This document shows, piece by piece, positions 18,801 through 26,937 of a stretch of DNA of 64,000 nt. Under the pieces are notes generated by a model. That model saw only the letters and a list, made by a program, of their open reading frames with translations, was not told the DNA's origin and searched no databases. The stretch is from Acidobacteriaceae bacterium. Lineage in GTDB: Bacteria; Acidobacteriota; Terriglobia; Terriglobales; Acidobacteriaceae. A program made the translations under genes and the position numbers. Positions within the stretch are counted from its first letter, which is position 1. Each line of letters starts with the position of its first letter. Where the stretch lies: NCBI GenBank assembly GCA_036404255.1, contig DASWOP010000250.1, positions 11,393 to 75,392 on the forward strand, given 5' to 3'.

Positions 18801-19082
18801 TTTTGTAGAGGAATTGCCGTTCAGCGGAATGGAACTGGCACAGACATGAGTTACCGTGGGCGAAGTATTTGGCGTGATGCCCGGCTGACCGGCGTATGCC
18901 CCAATCGAAATCTGCGCATGCACGCCGGTAACTCCAGCCACCAATAATCCACATATTGCCATGCCTGCAATAACTAAGGATGCGCCCCTTCTACGCTTGT
19001 ATCCAGTGTTTGGCATAACCATTCTGAACCTTCCTTGCAATTCCAGCACTCCGCGGTGCTGCTCTTGAAAACATCGATTCAT
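15900..19082 (-). CDS. Secreted multidomain protein with NHL repeats, Ig-like and MBG domains, and a C-terminal GH56-like (hyaluronidase-like) domain
   Basis: Signal peptide. GNLYVADSGNNVVREI-type NHL repeats. MBG-type YGTANPTFGYTITGF...VGSYPI...NNYGF. The last 233 aa are homologous to the 29103-29975 product. Start is uncertain (19082, 19022 or 19016). Confidence 0.8.
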   Translation of the reverse strand: MNRCFQEQHRGVLELQGRFRMVMPNTGYKRRRGASLVIAGMAICGLLVAGVTGVHAQISIGAYAGQPGITPNTSPTVTHVCASSIPLNGNSSTKLLGSNIGDGCSVSQILVSKPNATQIDSFGQLYISDGGNYTSNTDTGDSATYTTPTSANSYTGSTPGPGYTGELRVLYNGTNAALGTALVASYASSSILASPVPPNIVYNVIGGGQYTASTQIGAVGYTTIFASAAVAVDASGNIFEEGSNYVRMTYVAGTQQASFLAAGGSSAGPAGTTAAKSGYSYVLINSNTPGTGYFGDGGYVLLSQFNGPKGMAVDANGNLYVADSGNNVVREINIAGASTDALGNASALGYVTGVVGGAGAGCAEATVSKGTYTSCTSVESGDGGPARSANLSKPYDLAFDSYGNLYIADYGAITGRVRVVYLGSQPPAGYYATAQTSCTGMASTATTGTLATCKDIYTYAGGGSGTTAAAATSIKLSSATGIGFDASNNLYIADAVANQIWEVTASTQNAAIVAGGGSSTTEAACSTDGYGDGCVATNAVLSTPTGHIAVDTSGNVYFGDSGNNVVRILKPYSQGTMAQTITFPAPTSPVAYGAPSIGLGATASSGLPVTYNATGPATLSGNMLTFTGTGTVVITASQAGNAIYAAATPVQQSIVVNTATLTVTPSGLLSRIYGTANPTFGYTITGFISPDTQANSVTGSPLISTTAVPKSPVGSYPITVSQGTLVSSSANNYGFALTTGATLSVTGSAAQSIIFPALANYPSNDTSVQLAAYTTSGLPATYAVASGPATVSGSTLYVTGTGAVSVTASQAGNTNFAAATPVTRSFTAQPTSFVVYDNMFYSGKPTTSTYGLITSNVVYESKIWVDSSGTTQADEQTLPTRSSFDTLMAKYTNPGPLVLDVELLGLTSTANEQILATLATWAKADHPGKLVGYYGYNTFDNVSTQNMQYATALGTQVTAMFPSMYTYNDDQAAWASLAAQEVAAARAIAPGKPVYIYISPQYHPGTAKAGQYVSAAYWAFQLQTAYSLADGVVIWSSSSYAWDDSTGWWEATQTFMQTLN

Positions 19083-19087
19083 GCTGA

Positions 19088-22000
19088 TTAGTTCGACGCT
19101 GCTACGACCAGCGTGATCGGAATCGATTCAACTGAGCCATTAGAGCTCGTGGCAGTCAGCGTAAACACCGTGGTTCCGGGCGGCGTAGTAACATTCGGCA
19201 GATCGTAGTAATTTGTCCCACTGCCGCAACCGGAGAGTCCGAGTCCGCCTAGTATCGGCAATACGCACAAGACAACCGCGAGTAGTGACTTGCGCATCGC
19301 AGCATTCCGTCGCTTGCGCCATGCCAGCAGAACCAGTCCACCCAAGAAAGTCAATCCGGCCTCAGTGACTTCAGAAACACGCCCACACTTAGCAGGAGTC
19401 TGCTGTTTCGCCAGGTTTGGCGTCACATTGGTAAACACCTCCAGCGTGAGCAAGCCAACAGGATCAGTTGCACTGTTACCACTGAATGTAAGGTTGGTGC
19501 CGGAAGGGACTGGACACGCCGAACCAGCTGCCGGAACTGATGGACAAGTCAGGAACCGGCAGAGAGAGTTCTGCGGAAGATTGGAACAGGTGAATGTCAC
19601 CGTACCGCTCAGTCCCATGTATGGCGTGACATAAACGCTGGTACTAGTCTCTGCGCCTTGCAACGTACTGAGCGTGGTAGCCAGGGCAGTCATTCCGAAG
19701 TCGCCCTTCACCGTAACTGAACTGGATGTAGATGAGAAAAAATTTGCGCCACCCAGATAGTTAGCACTAAAAGATGGATAGGTATTTGCGTTGATCGCCG
19801 TAGCAGCCAATGCCGTCGTGGCACCCGATATGGTGAGCGTAGCAACACCAGACGCATTGAGCGATGCGATACCCAGTGTGGTGGACCCAGCGCTGAATGA
19901 GACTACTCCAATGACTCCAGCTGCAGGTGATTTAACGGTTGCCGTCAACACATAAGCCGGTATTGCACTGCCCTGCACGCTGAGCGGCGCACCGGAGTAA
20001 GCGAGAGTCGTCGTGCTTGACTCAGGAATCACAGTGAGCGTCAGGCTGGCATGACTGGATACATAATTGGAATCGCCGCTATATTGCCCGGCAATACTGA
20101 ACGTACCCGCCTGCGGGCTAAAGGTATAGGTCGCGGTGCCGTTAGCAACCGTAAGCACTGTCTGCTGAATACCATTCACCTGCACTAGTATCTTCCCCGT
20201 CGCTGCCGTAGTGCCTGACTGTGTCAAAGTGAACGTAAGCGTGATGGGTGAGCCATAGCTGATTGACGAAGATGCGCTTGGCGATGAGCTAATAGTGAGA
20301 TTACTGTTGAGCAGGTTTACTCCGCTACCTGTCAGCGTTGAACTTACAGAGGAAGCATTCCCCGCGTTGGATGGGAAGGTAATCTTGTCCGAAAAACTGC
20401 CAAGTGCTACCGGAGAAAATACCGCAGAGATGCTGCATCCCGCACCAGCAATCAGAGCACTACCGGAGCATCCATTTGATGTCGATGCGCTAACCTGGAA
20501 ATCTCCAGTGTCTCCGCTGACGCTGTACGGTGCGCCGCCGGTAAATTGTAGCGCCGCATTACCAATATTGGTGAGAATGAAGGATGAGAAAGCTGAACTC
20601 TGCCCTACATTGAGAGGATAAAAGCTGGTGGATATCTGCTGACGGTTCAGGTACGTAACCCCAGCGCTAGTGTCTGTCACATAAACATTGCCTAGACTGT
20701 CAACCCAAAGTCCAGTCGGTGCAGTCAACCCAGACAGTAGGGTGACCGTGGTGACGCCCTGTGCGGAAATGAAGCCTACTTGCGATCCTGCCTTATCCAG
20801 CACATAGAAATTGTTGGCGGCGTCTATCCCTATGGCCGCAGGATTGAACAAACCGAGTGCAACCGGAGTGACCGCACCTGTCGATAACGTGACCTCAACC
20901 ACCCGGCTATTGCCTGAATCCACCACATACAGATTGCCGCTGCCATCCAGCGAAAGCTGCGTTGGACTGGAGACGCTCGTGGTCAGTACGGTGGATGCTC
21001 CCTGGCGGATCTGCATAATGCGGTTGTTGCCAGTGTCAGCAACATAGATATTGCCACCGCCATCCACCAACACTCCCTTTGGAGCAGCATAGCCGGTCAG
21101 ATATGAGACGGTTGCGCTGGTGTTGTTATAGATGGCCACACGGTTGTTCCCCGTATCCGCTACCAGCACATTGCCCTGGCCATCCACAGAAACCTGCGAC
21201 GGCGATGAAAGGCCGGTAATAAGTGATGTAGCTGTCAATGCGGTTGGGCTGGAATAGCGCAACACACTTCCGCTGGTCTTATCAGCAACATACACTTCGC
21301 CGGACGGATCGGATGTGACGCCGAGTGGCGCGGTTCCAGAGCCTACGGTAACGGGCGTCGCGTTATCCAGGGCAATCTCTGCCCCGCTTGCCGTGCCGCT
21401 CACGTAATTGGTGCCAATGGTATTGCCAGTAGAAGAGGATACTCTCACGCCACCAAGTCGCAGGCCAGGCAACGTCGGTTTGAATGTCACATTGAGGTAG
21501 CAGATCTGTCCCGCAGCTAGTGCCTGCCCGGATGTGTCACACGTGCTGCCGCCTGCATCAAGGAAATCGGAACTGGAGGCACCCTGCACGGCGAAGGTTG
21601 CACCACCCACTGTAACCGCACTGAGGGAAGCAAAAGCGAGCGCAGTGGACGAGGTGGAACCCAGAGCGGTAGATGGTGCCGCAGGCACGGACTTGGAAAG
21701 CTTGTGCACAACATTGGCGGACGAATCGGCAACATACAGATTTCCCTGCGCATCGAAAGAGATTCTACCGGTCGGGAAACCCAGAGTAGCCAGTGTAGCC
21801 AGGCAGCCATCGCCATTAGCATAAGTCCTAATGGGACCAGAAGCGAACGTGCTGGAGCACGCGGTTCCAGCCGCAGTCGATGTGCCACCACCGGCAATAA
21901 TCGTTGCCACCTGTGTGGCCGCGTCTACTTCCCAGATCTTGGCGCCAGTGCCATCAGCAATATAGAGATTGCCGGCTGCATCAAAGCCCAGGCCAGTAGC

Positions 22001-23200
22001 TGACTTCAGCAAAATCTGTGTCGCTGGACCACCCGTCGTCAAGGTGCCGCCACCGGCAACAGTATAGATATATCCCAACTGCGGGCTGCTAACGCCTGGA
22101 ATCGTACCGGTGCCGTTATAGATCACGCGAACACGTCCATTCCCAGAATCGGCAATATACAGATTGCCCGATGCATCAAACAGGACATCGTAGGGATTGT
22201 TCACTTCTGCAGACGTAGCAGGCCCCCCATCACCGATAGAACCGGCAGTGCAACCACCGGCTGAGCTAATCGCCGATGGCACCTGCACAGTAGCGCCAGT
22301 AATGGTGGCATAGGCGGAGACGACAGCCTGGGTACACACTGAGCCTGCAATCGTACTGATAATGCCTGTCGTGCCATTGATCATGCGGATAGCATTGCTC
22401 TTCGAGTCAGCGATATAAACATTCTCCGCCGAATCTACATACACTCCTTTTCCATTATTCGTTAGCGCCGCAATGGCCTTGCCGCCGTCACCGTAGTATG
22501 CGTTCAGACTGGCATAGATCATCGGATATACATTGCTCTGCTTAGGGCTGACAGTCCCAATCCCCGAAGTTGTTGCCTGTAGTAGTGCTGCCCCCTTGGT
22601 TCCTCCCACATACGCCATGCGCATGCGTGAATTACCTTCGGTCTCGATGATGTTGCCGTCGCCATCAATTGCCATGCCCGTTGGTGTGAGTGTTGTATTG
22701 CCGCAGCTTCCGCCGGCGGCAGAGATACTTGTATAGCCGTTCGAGTAGGGCCCGCATGCGTTATAAATATCACCGACAAGCAGTGATGAGGTCGTAATTA
22801 CGGATAGCTTGTTGTACGCGCTTACGATCGTCTGCAGTTCCGCTGCGCCACTCTGATAGATCACGCGAATCTGCTTGTCGCCCTGGTCGGCGATGAAGAT
22901 ATTATTCGTAGCCGGATCGATCAGCACCGACTGCGGCGCTTTCAGAATCGCCTGTGTCGGCAGACAGTTGTCCCCAGTAGAACCAACTGTTGTCGCGATC
23001 ACGGTGCTGCAGACCGTCTGCGTAGAACCGGTGGGAATGCCAACAGCCGTACTGATGTACGGAATCTGGATAGAGCCGGGGGTCTGGGCAAACGCGCCTA
23101 GACTCGCTGGTGCAAGAACCGCACACCAGAGCGCAGATCGCCACACAACTCCGCTGAACTTACCGCTATTGCCGTTTCGAGTGCCGCTACGTGGACTCAT
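19088..23200 (-). CDS. 1370-aa secreted NHL-repeat protein with choice-of-anchor-D/HYDIN-like and Ig-like domains and an unusual C-terminal TM hairpin
   Basis: Signal peptide ...ASLGAFAQ. Many GNLYIADSGNGRVRVIY / GNVLVADTGNNRVAIY / GNIYVADTGNNRIMQI repeats. C...C...V.F.P motifs (GQICYLNVTFKP, GAGCSISAVFSP). Confidence 0.85.
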   Translation of the reverse strand: MSPRSGTRNGNSGKFSGVVWRSALWCAVLAPASLGAFAQTPGSIQIPYISTAVGIPTGSTQTVCSTVIATTVGSTGDNCLPTQAILKAPQSVLIDPATNNIFIADQGDKQIRVIYQSGAAELQTIVSAYNKLSVITTSSLLVGDIYNACGPYSNGYTSISAAGGSCGNTTLTPTGMAIDGDGNIIETEGNSRMRMAYVGGTKGAALLQATTSGIGTVSPKQSNVYPMIYASLNAYYGDGGKAIAALTNNGKGVYVDSAENVYIADSKSNAIRMINGTTGIISTIAGSVCTQAVVSAYATITGATVQVPSAISSAGGCTAGSIGDGGPATSAEVNNPYDVLFDASGNLYIADSGNGRVRVIYNGTGTIPGVSSPQLGYIYTVAGGGTLTTGGPATQILLKSATGLGFDAAGNLYIADGTGAKIWEVDAATQVATIIAGGGTSTAAGTACSSTFASGPIRTYANGDGCLATLATLGFPTGRISFDAQGNLYVADSSANVVHKLSKSVPAAPSTALGSTSSTALAFASLSAVTVGGATFAVQGASSSDFLDAGGSTCDTSGQALAAGQICYLNVTFKPTLPGLRLGGVRVSSSTGNTIGTNYVSGTASGAEIALDNATPVTVGSGTAPLGVTSDPSGEVYVADKTSGSVLRYSSPTALTATSLITGLSSPSQVSVDGQGNVLVADTGNNRVAIYNNTSATVSYLTGYAAPKGVLVDGGGNIYVADTGNNRIMQIRQGASTVLTTSVSSPTQLSLDGSGNLYVVDSGNSRVVEVTLSTGAVTPVALGLFNPAAIGIDAANNFYVLDKAGSQVGFISAQGVTTVTLLSGLTAPTGLWVDSLGNVYVTDTSAGVTYLNRQQISTSFYPLNVGQSSAFSSFILTNIGNAALQFTGGAPYSVSGDTGDFQVSASTSNGCSGSALIAGAGCSISAVFSPVALGSFSDKITFPSNAGNASSVSSTLTGSGVNLLNSNLTISSSPSASSSISYGSPITLTFTLTQSGTTAATGKILVQVNGIQQTVLTVANGTATYTFSPQAGTFSIAGQYSGDSNYVSSHASLTLTVIPESSTTTLAYSGAPLSVQGSAIPAYVLTATVKSPAAGVIGVVSFSAGSTTLGIASLNASGVATLTISGATTALAATAINANTYPSFSANYLGGANFFSSTSSSVTVKGDFGMTALATTLSTLQGAETSTSVYVTPYMGLSGTVTFTCSNLPQNSLCRFLTCPSVPAAGSACPVPSGTNLTFSGNSATDPVGLLTLEVFTNVTPNLAKQQTPAKCGRVSEVTEAGLTFLGGLVLLAWRKRRNAAMRKSLLAVVLCVLPILGGLGLSGCGSGTNYYDLPNVTTPPGTTVFTLTATSSNGSVESIPITLVVAASN

Positions 23201-23221
23201 GGTATCGTCCTTTCCGGATTC

Positions 23222-26200
23222 TTAATAAGAGAGCTTCAATGAGAGTTGGATGCGGCGAGCATTGGTGCCAACAGTATTACCGCCTGTCGTTGCCAGCACC
23301 TGGCCTTCATAGTCGACGCCAGAAGTAGGTGGCAGCGACGAGTTCGGGTTCGCGAGGTTAGGCGTATTGAAAGCATTGATAGCATCCGCACGGAAAGCCA
23401 GCCTCGTAGTATGCGTAATCGGCAACCGCAAGGTACGCCCAGCGGAGAGATTGAGCTGGATAAATGCAGGCCCACGCAGCCTATTACGGGATTGGTTACT
23501 GAAGACGCCTGCCGCGGTTCCATTCGGCGGAACAACCCAGGCTGCGGTGTTGAACCATTCACTAATCTTGTCAGCGCGATGCCGACCGCTGGACAACGTG
23601 CCTTTCCCATACCCAGGCAGCAACTGGGCACGCTGGCGGCTACCTACTTCAGCCGTAAATGCCGCATCAGTCGTTAAGGTAACCGAGAAAGGCTTGCCAC
23701 TCTGCGCCGTGTACATGCCACTCTGTGTCCAATTGCTCAGTAAAATGCGCAGCGGGCGAGGGCCGTGACTAAACTTGGTTGGCAAAAAGGCCCAGCCTAC
23801 AGCAGTGGTCAGCTTTACGTCATAATCCGAAGGCCCATGCTCGCTGCTCAAATTGTCTATCTGTGGAACACTGCTTGACGTCGACGTACCAGTACTAAAC
23901 TCATCCAGCGACTTTGCGTATGCAAAGGTCGCGGTTAGAGAAACAATCTTTGCCCCACGCTCCTGGTAGAGCACCTGCACACCGTTATAGCTGGAGCTGC
24001 CAATGCTCTGGTATTCCACCACGCCCTGTCCGCCATAGTTAAAGCCAGGATAGCGGACCCGCGCGGCATACGATGCGGCCGTATTCGCACCTGTTGCCGG
24101 ACAATAGAGCGATGGATTGATCTGGTAGTACGCTCCAGTGCAATCGTAGATAGCTGGGTTCTTATCCAACGGTAGTGACTGATGACGTCCGAAACGTCCG
24201 ACGTAGTTCACCTCAAGCGAACCATGGCGCATGATGCTCTGCTGGAAGCCGAAGTTAACGGCTTCTGTATAGCCATCGCGATAGTTTCTATCCGGAAAGA
24301 AGATGGAAAATGGAAGATTGAACTGAGGATTGGTCCCGTCGTAGTTCTTGGGAATAGCCGGCAAACCCAGCAGCGGCTGGGATACGCCGCCTGAAGGATA
24401 GGCGTAATTTGCAATGTAGTGGAAGGGTTCTCCAACGCCAATTGTGAGCGCATTGGTCGCATCGTAGAAGATGCCAAATCCGCCGCGCACCGACGTTCTG
24501 CCATTACCGAAGAGATCATACGCAAAGCCGAAGCGAGGCGCAAAATCCTTATACTCGTTTTTGATTAAGGAGCGCGGAACTCCAGGGTCCCCAACGAATG
24601 CGAGATCCGGCACGGCGTTGGGGAAGATGACGGACTGATAGCCGGGGATGAAAGTAGTGTTCTGGTTCTTTGGCTGGTAGTAACGGAATGGAAGCTCGTA
24701 TCGCAGGCCAATGTTCAATGTCAGGCGAGGTAGAATGCGCCAATCGTCCTGTGCATAAAAATAGAAGTCATGTTGAATGCCGGAGCGGTTAAGTGAATTG
24801 GCGAAGTTTTCATTACTGGGCAGACCGAGGATCTCATCGCCCTGCGATACCAGGGAATATGTTCCGCTGAACGAGAACACGGGCGCGCTCTCTGAAACAT
24901 TCGCATACTGCAGCCGGAGAAAATCGACGCCAAATTGCGCGTTGTGCTTACCTCGTGACCAGGTCAAAGTATCCACAGCTTCTACATCTTCATTCACCGT
25001 GGAAGAGACCGCCTGGTTGGCCGTACCCATACCAGGAAAAACCGGCAGTACAGCTATGGAGTTATAGCTGGGAAAAGCCGCACCGAAATCCGACAATGTT
25101 GTGTGATCGATGGGTGAGTACTGGTAATCATAGCGCTTGTAGGCAAGACGGAATACGTTGAGCAGGTTGGGGCGAATGACCCAGGTATCACCAATGTCTC
25201 CGAAGTACGTTCCACCGTAATCCGCATCCGGTTCATAGCCGGCAACCGACGCATTCGTAGCCGAGACTGCGTTGTGCGCCAGTATATCGTTCGCTGAGGT
25301 CTGGTAGTAGCGCGCATCCAGCGTGTGGCCGTAGCCAAGATTGTAATCCAGGCGCAAGAGACCATTCTGGTCATTCTGTGGCAAGGAATAGGCCGTCGGC
25401 GTTTTGGTGGTAGGCGTGCCGTTGATGGAGGTCGCAATTGCGAGTGGCAGGTACTTCTGCATAGCTGCGAATACTACGGGATTGATACATATCGACGGAA
25501 GTTCATTGCCGACAATCGTCACCGCTGGCGAAGCCTTGCTCAGTGCAGTCTGCAGCAGTTGAACGCAGGGCGAATTCTGACCAGTGGCAAGCGTGTTCCC
25601 TGCCTGCACATACGCCGCATTCAAACCGGCAATGGCTACGGTTGAGGTGCTTGCCGTGGTTGCATTGGAGATGGGGTTATGTAGGTAGGTTTGTGGATTG
25701 CCGCTGGTATCGCGATAGGTTGGACCGGCGAGATCTGATAAATTGATGCAGTTTCCCGTACCCGCAAAATAGCCGGTGGAGGAACACGGAGTCGGGTTGC
25801 CGTTTGCGTCATAACCACGATCTGCCGCAGTAAAGCCGCCGCTGGTGACATTATTGTTCGCCGTCTGTGCGATGCGGAGACCTTGATACGAGCTGAAAAG
25901 GAAGAGCTTATCGCGGACGATGGGGCCACCGACAGTAATGCCGTACTGGTTCTGAATGAGCTTGGAGGGATGTTTGAGGAAGTAGTCCTGCGCGTTCAGA
26001 GCAGTGTTCTGCAAGTATTCATACAGTACGCCGTGAAACTGGTTGGTCCCGGACTTTGTAATCGCATTGAAAACGCTGCCCACGTTACGGCCATATTGGG
26101 CCTTGAAGTTATTGAGCAGTACACTGACTTCCTGTAGAGCATCTGGCGGAGGAAAATTCAGGCCGCTATTGGTATAGAGATTGTTCCACATCGTACCGTC

Positions 26201-26854
26201 AAGCAAAAATAGATTCTGAGTATTCCGGGCGCCAGAGACGTTGTATGCAGGACCAGAAGTGCCATCGCTGCTTGAAGAATCTCCCGTGAATGTTGTTGGC
26301 GCACTGACACCCGATACACCCGGCAGAAGCGCAGCCAGCGATATAACACTATTGCCATCGATCGGCATATTGTGGATAAGATTTTCGTCAATCAGCACAC
26401 CCACCGTTGCCGATTGCGTATCCACCGTATTGCCACTCGCCTCCACGGTCACCGTGGCTTCATCTGACTTCGGCTTGAGCACGGTATCAAAGCGGATATT
26501 CTTGTCAGAGTCCACAATAATGCCAGTCGCCTTGACTGTCGCAAAGCCCGGGGCCGTGATGGTGAGGGTGTATGTCCCCACTGCAACGGAAGAAAACAGG
26601 TACTCGCCGCTGCCATTGCTGTTCTTGGTAAGCGTCTGGCCGCGTTCTACCGATGTCAACATCACCGATGCAAACGGAACTACACTGCCGGTACTGTCCG
26701 TAATATTGCCCAGCACCTGCCCGGTATTCGCAAGCTGCGCCTGGACTGCGGCAGTGAGCAGCAGCGGAAGAACCGCACAAAGCACGATCAGCGCACGCTG
26801 AATACGGCGACGGTGCCGGGGAGCAATCACCGTCCATTCGGAGTTGGTCATCAT
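23222..26854 (-). CDS. TonB-dependent receptor, acidobacterial CarboxypepD_reg-plug-barrel type
   Basis: 1210 aa. N-terminal GNITDSTGSVVPFASVMLTS...GTYTLTITAPGFATV. Long beta-barrel. Terminal ...RRIQLSLKLSY. Confidence 0.9.
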   Translation of the reverse strand: MMTNSEWTVIAPRHRRRIQRALIVLCAVLPLLLTAAVQAQLANTGQVLGNITDSTGSVVPFASVMLTSVERGQTLTKNSNGSGEYLFSSVAVGTYTLTITAPGFATVKATGIIVDSDKNIRFDTVLKPKSDEATVTVEASGNTVDTQSATVGVLIDENLIHNMPIDGNSVISLAALLPGVSGVSAPTTFTGDSSSSDGTSGPAYNVSGARNTQNLFLLDGTMWNNLYTNSGLNFPPPDALQEVSVLLNNFKAQYGRNVGSVFNAITKSGTNQFHGVLYEYLQNTALNAQDYFLKHPSKLIQNQYGITVGGPIVRDKLFLFSSYQGLRIAQTANNNVTSGGFTAADRGYDANGNPTPCSSTGYFAGTGNCINLSDLAGPTYRDTSGNPQTYLHNPISNATTASTSTVAIAGLNAAYVQAGNTLATGQNSPCVQLLQTALSKASPAVTIVGNELPSICINPVVFAAMQKYLPLAIATSINGTPTTKTPTAYSLPQNDQNGLLRLDYNLGYGHTLDARYYQTSANDILAHNAVSATNASVAGYEPDADYGGTYFGDIGDTWVIRPNLLNVFRLAYKRYDYQYSPIDHTTLSDFGAAFPSYNSIAVLPVFPGMGTANQAVSSTVNEDVEAVDTLTWSRGKHNAQFGVDFLRLQYANVSESAPVFSFSGTYSLVSQGDEILGLPSNENFANSLNRSGIQHDFYFYAQDDWRILPRLTLNIGLRYELPFRYYQPKNQNTTFIPGYQSVIFPNAVPDLAFVGDPGVPRSLIKNEYKDFAPRFGFAYDLFGNGRTSVRGGFGIFYDATNALTIGVGEPFHYIANYAYPSGGVSQPLLGLPAIPKNYDGTNPQFNLPFSIFFPDRNYRDGYTEAVNFGFQQSIMRHGSLEVNYVGRFGRHQSLPLDKNPAIYDCTGAYYQINPSLYCPATGANTAASYAARVRYPGFNYGGQGVVEYQSIGSSSYNGVQVLYQERGAKIVSLTATFAYAKSLDEFSTGTSTSSSVPQIDNLSSEHGPSDYDVKLTTAVGWAFLPTKFSHGPRPLRILLSNWTQSGMYTAQSGKPFSVTLTTDAAFTAEVGSRQRAQLLPGYGKGTLSSGRHRADKISEWFNTAAWVVPPNGTAAGVFSNQSRNRLRGPAFIQLNLSAGRTLRLPITHTTRLAFRADAINAFNTPNLANPNSSLPPTSGVDYEGQVLATTGGNTVGTNARRIQLSLKLSY

Positions 26855-26937
26855 ATCTTCTCTTCCTCGCTCATTGCAAAACTTCGTATGCCTTGTTGCC
26901 TATGCTCAACTGCTTGCTCATAACCTTCTGTAGGATC

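Noticed and set aside
19088-19297. An independent 69-aa lipoprotein gene (MRKSLLAVVLCVLPILGGLGLSGC...)
   Set aside because: There is no stop codon upstream in frame and no convincing Shine-Dalgarno before the ATG at 19297. It is treated as the C-terminus of the 1370-aa protein and flagged as a finding instead.
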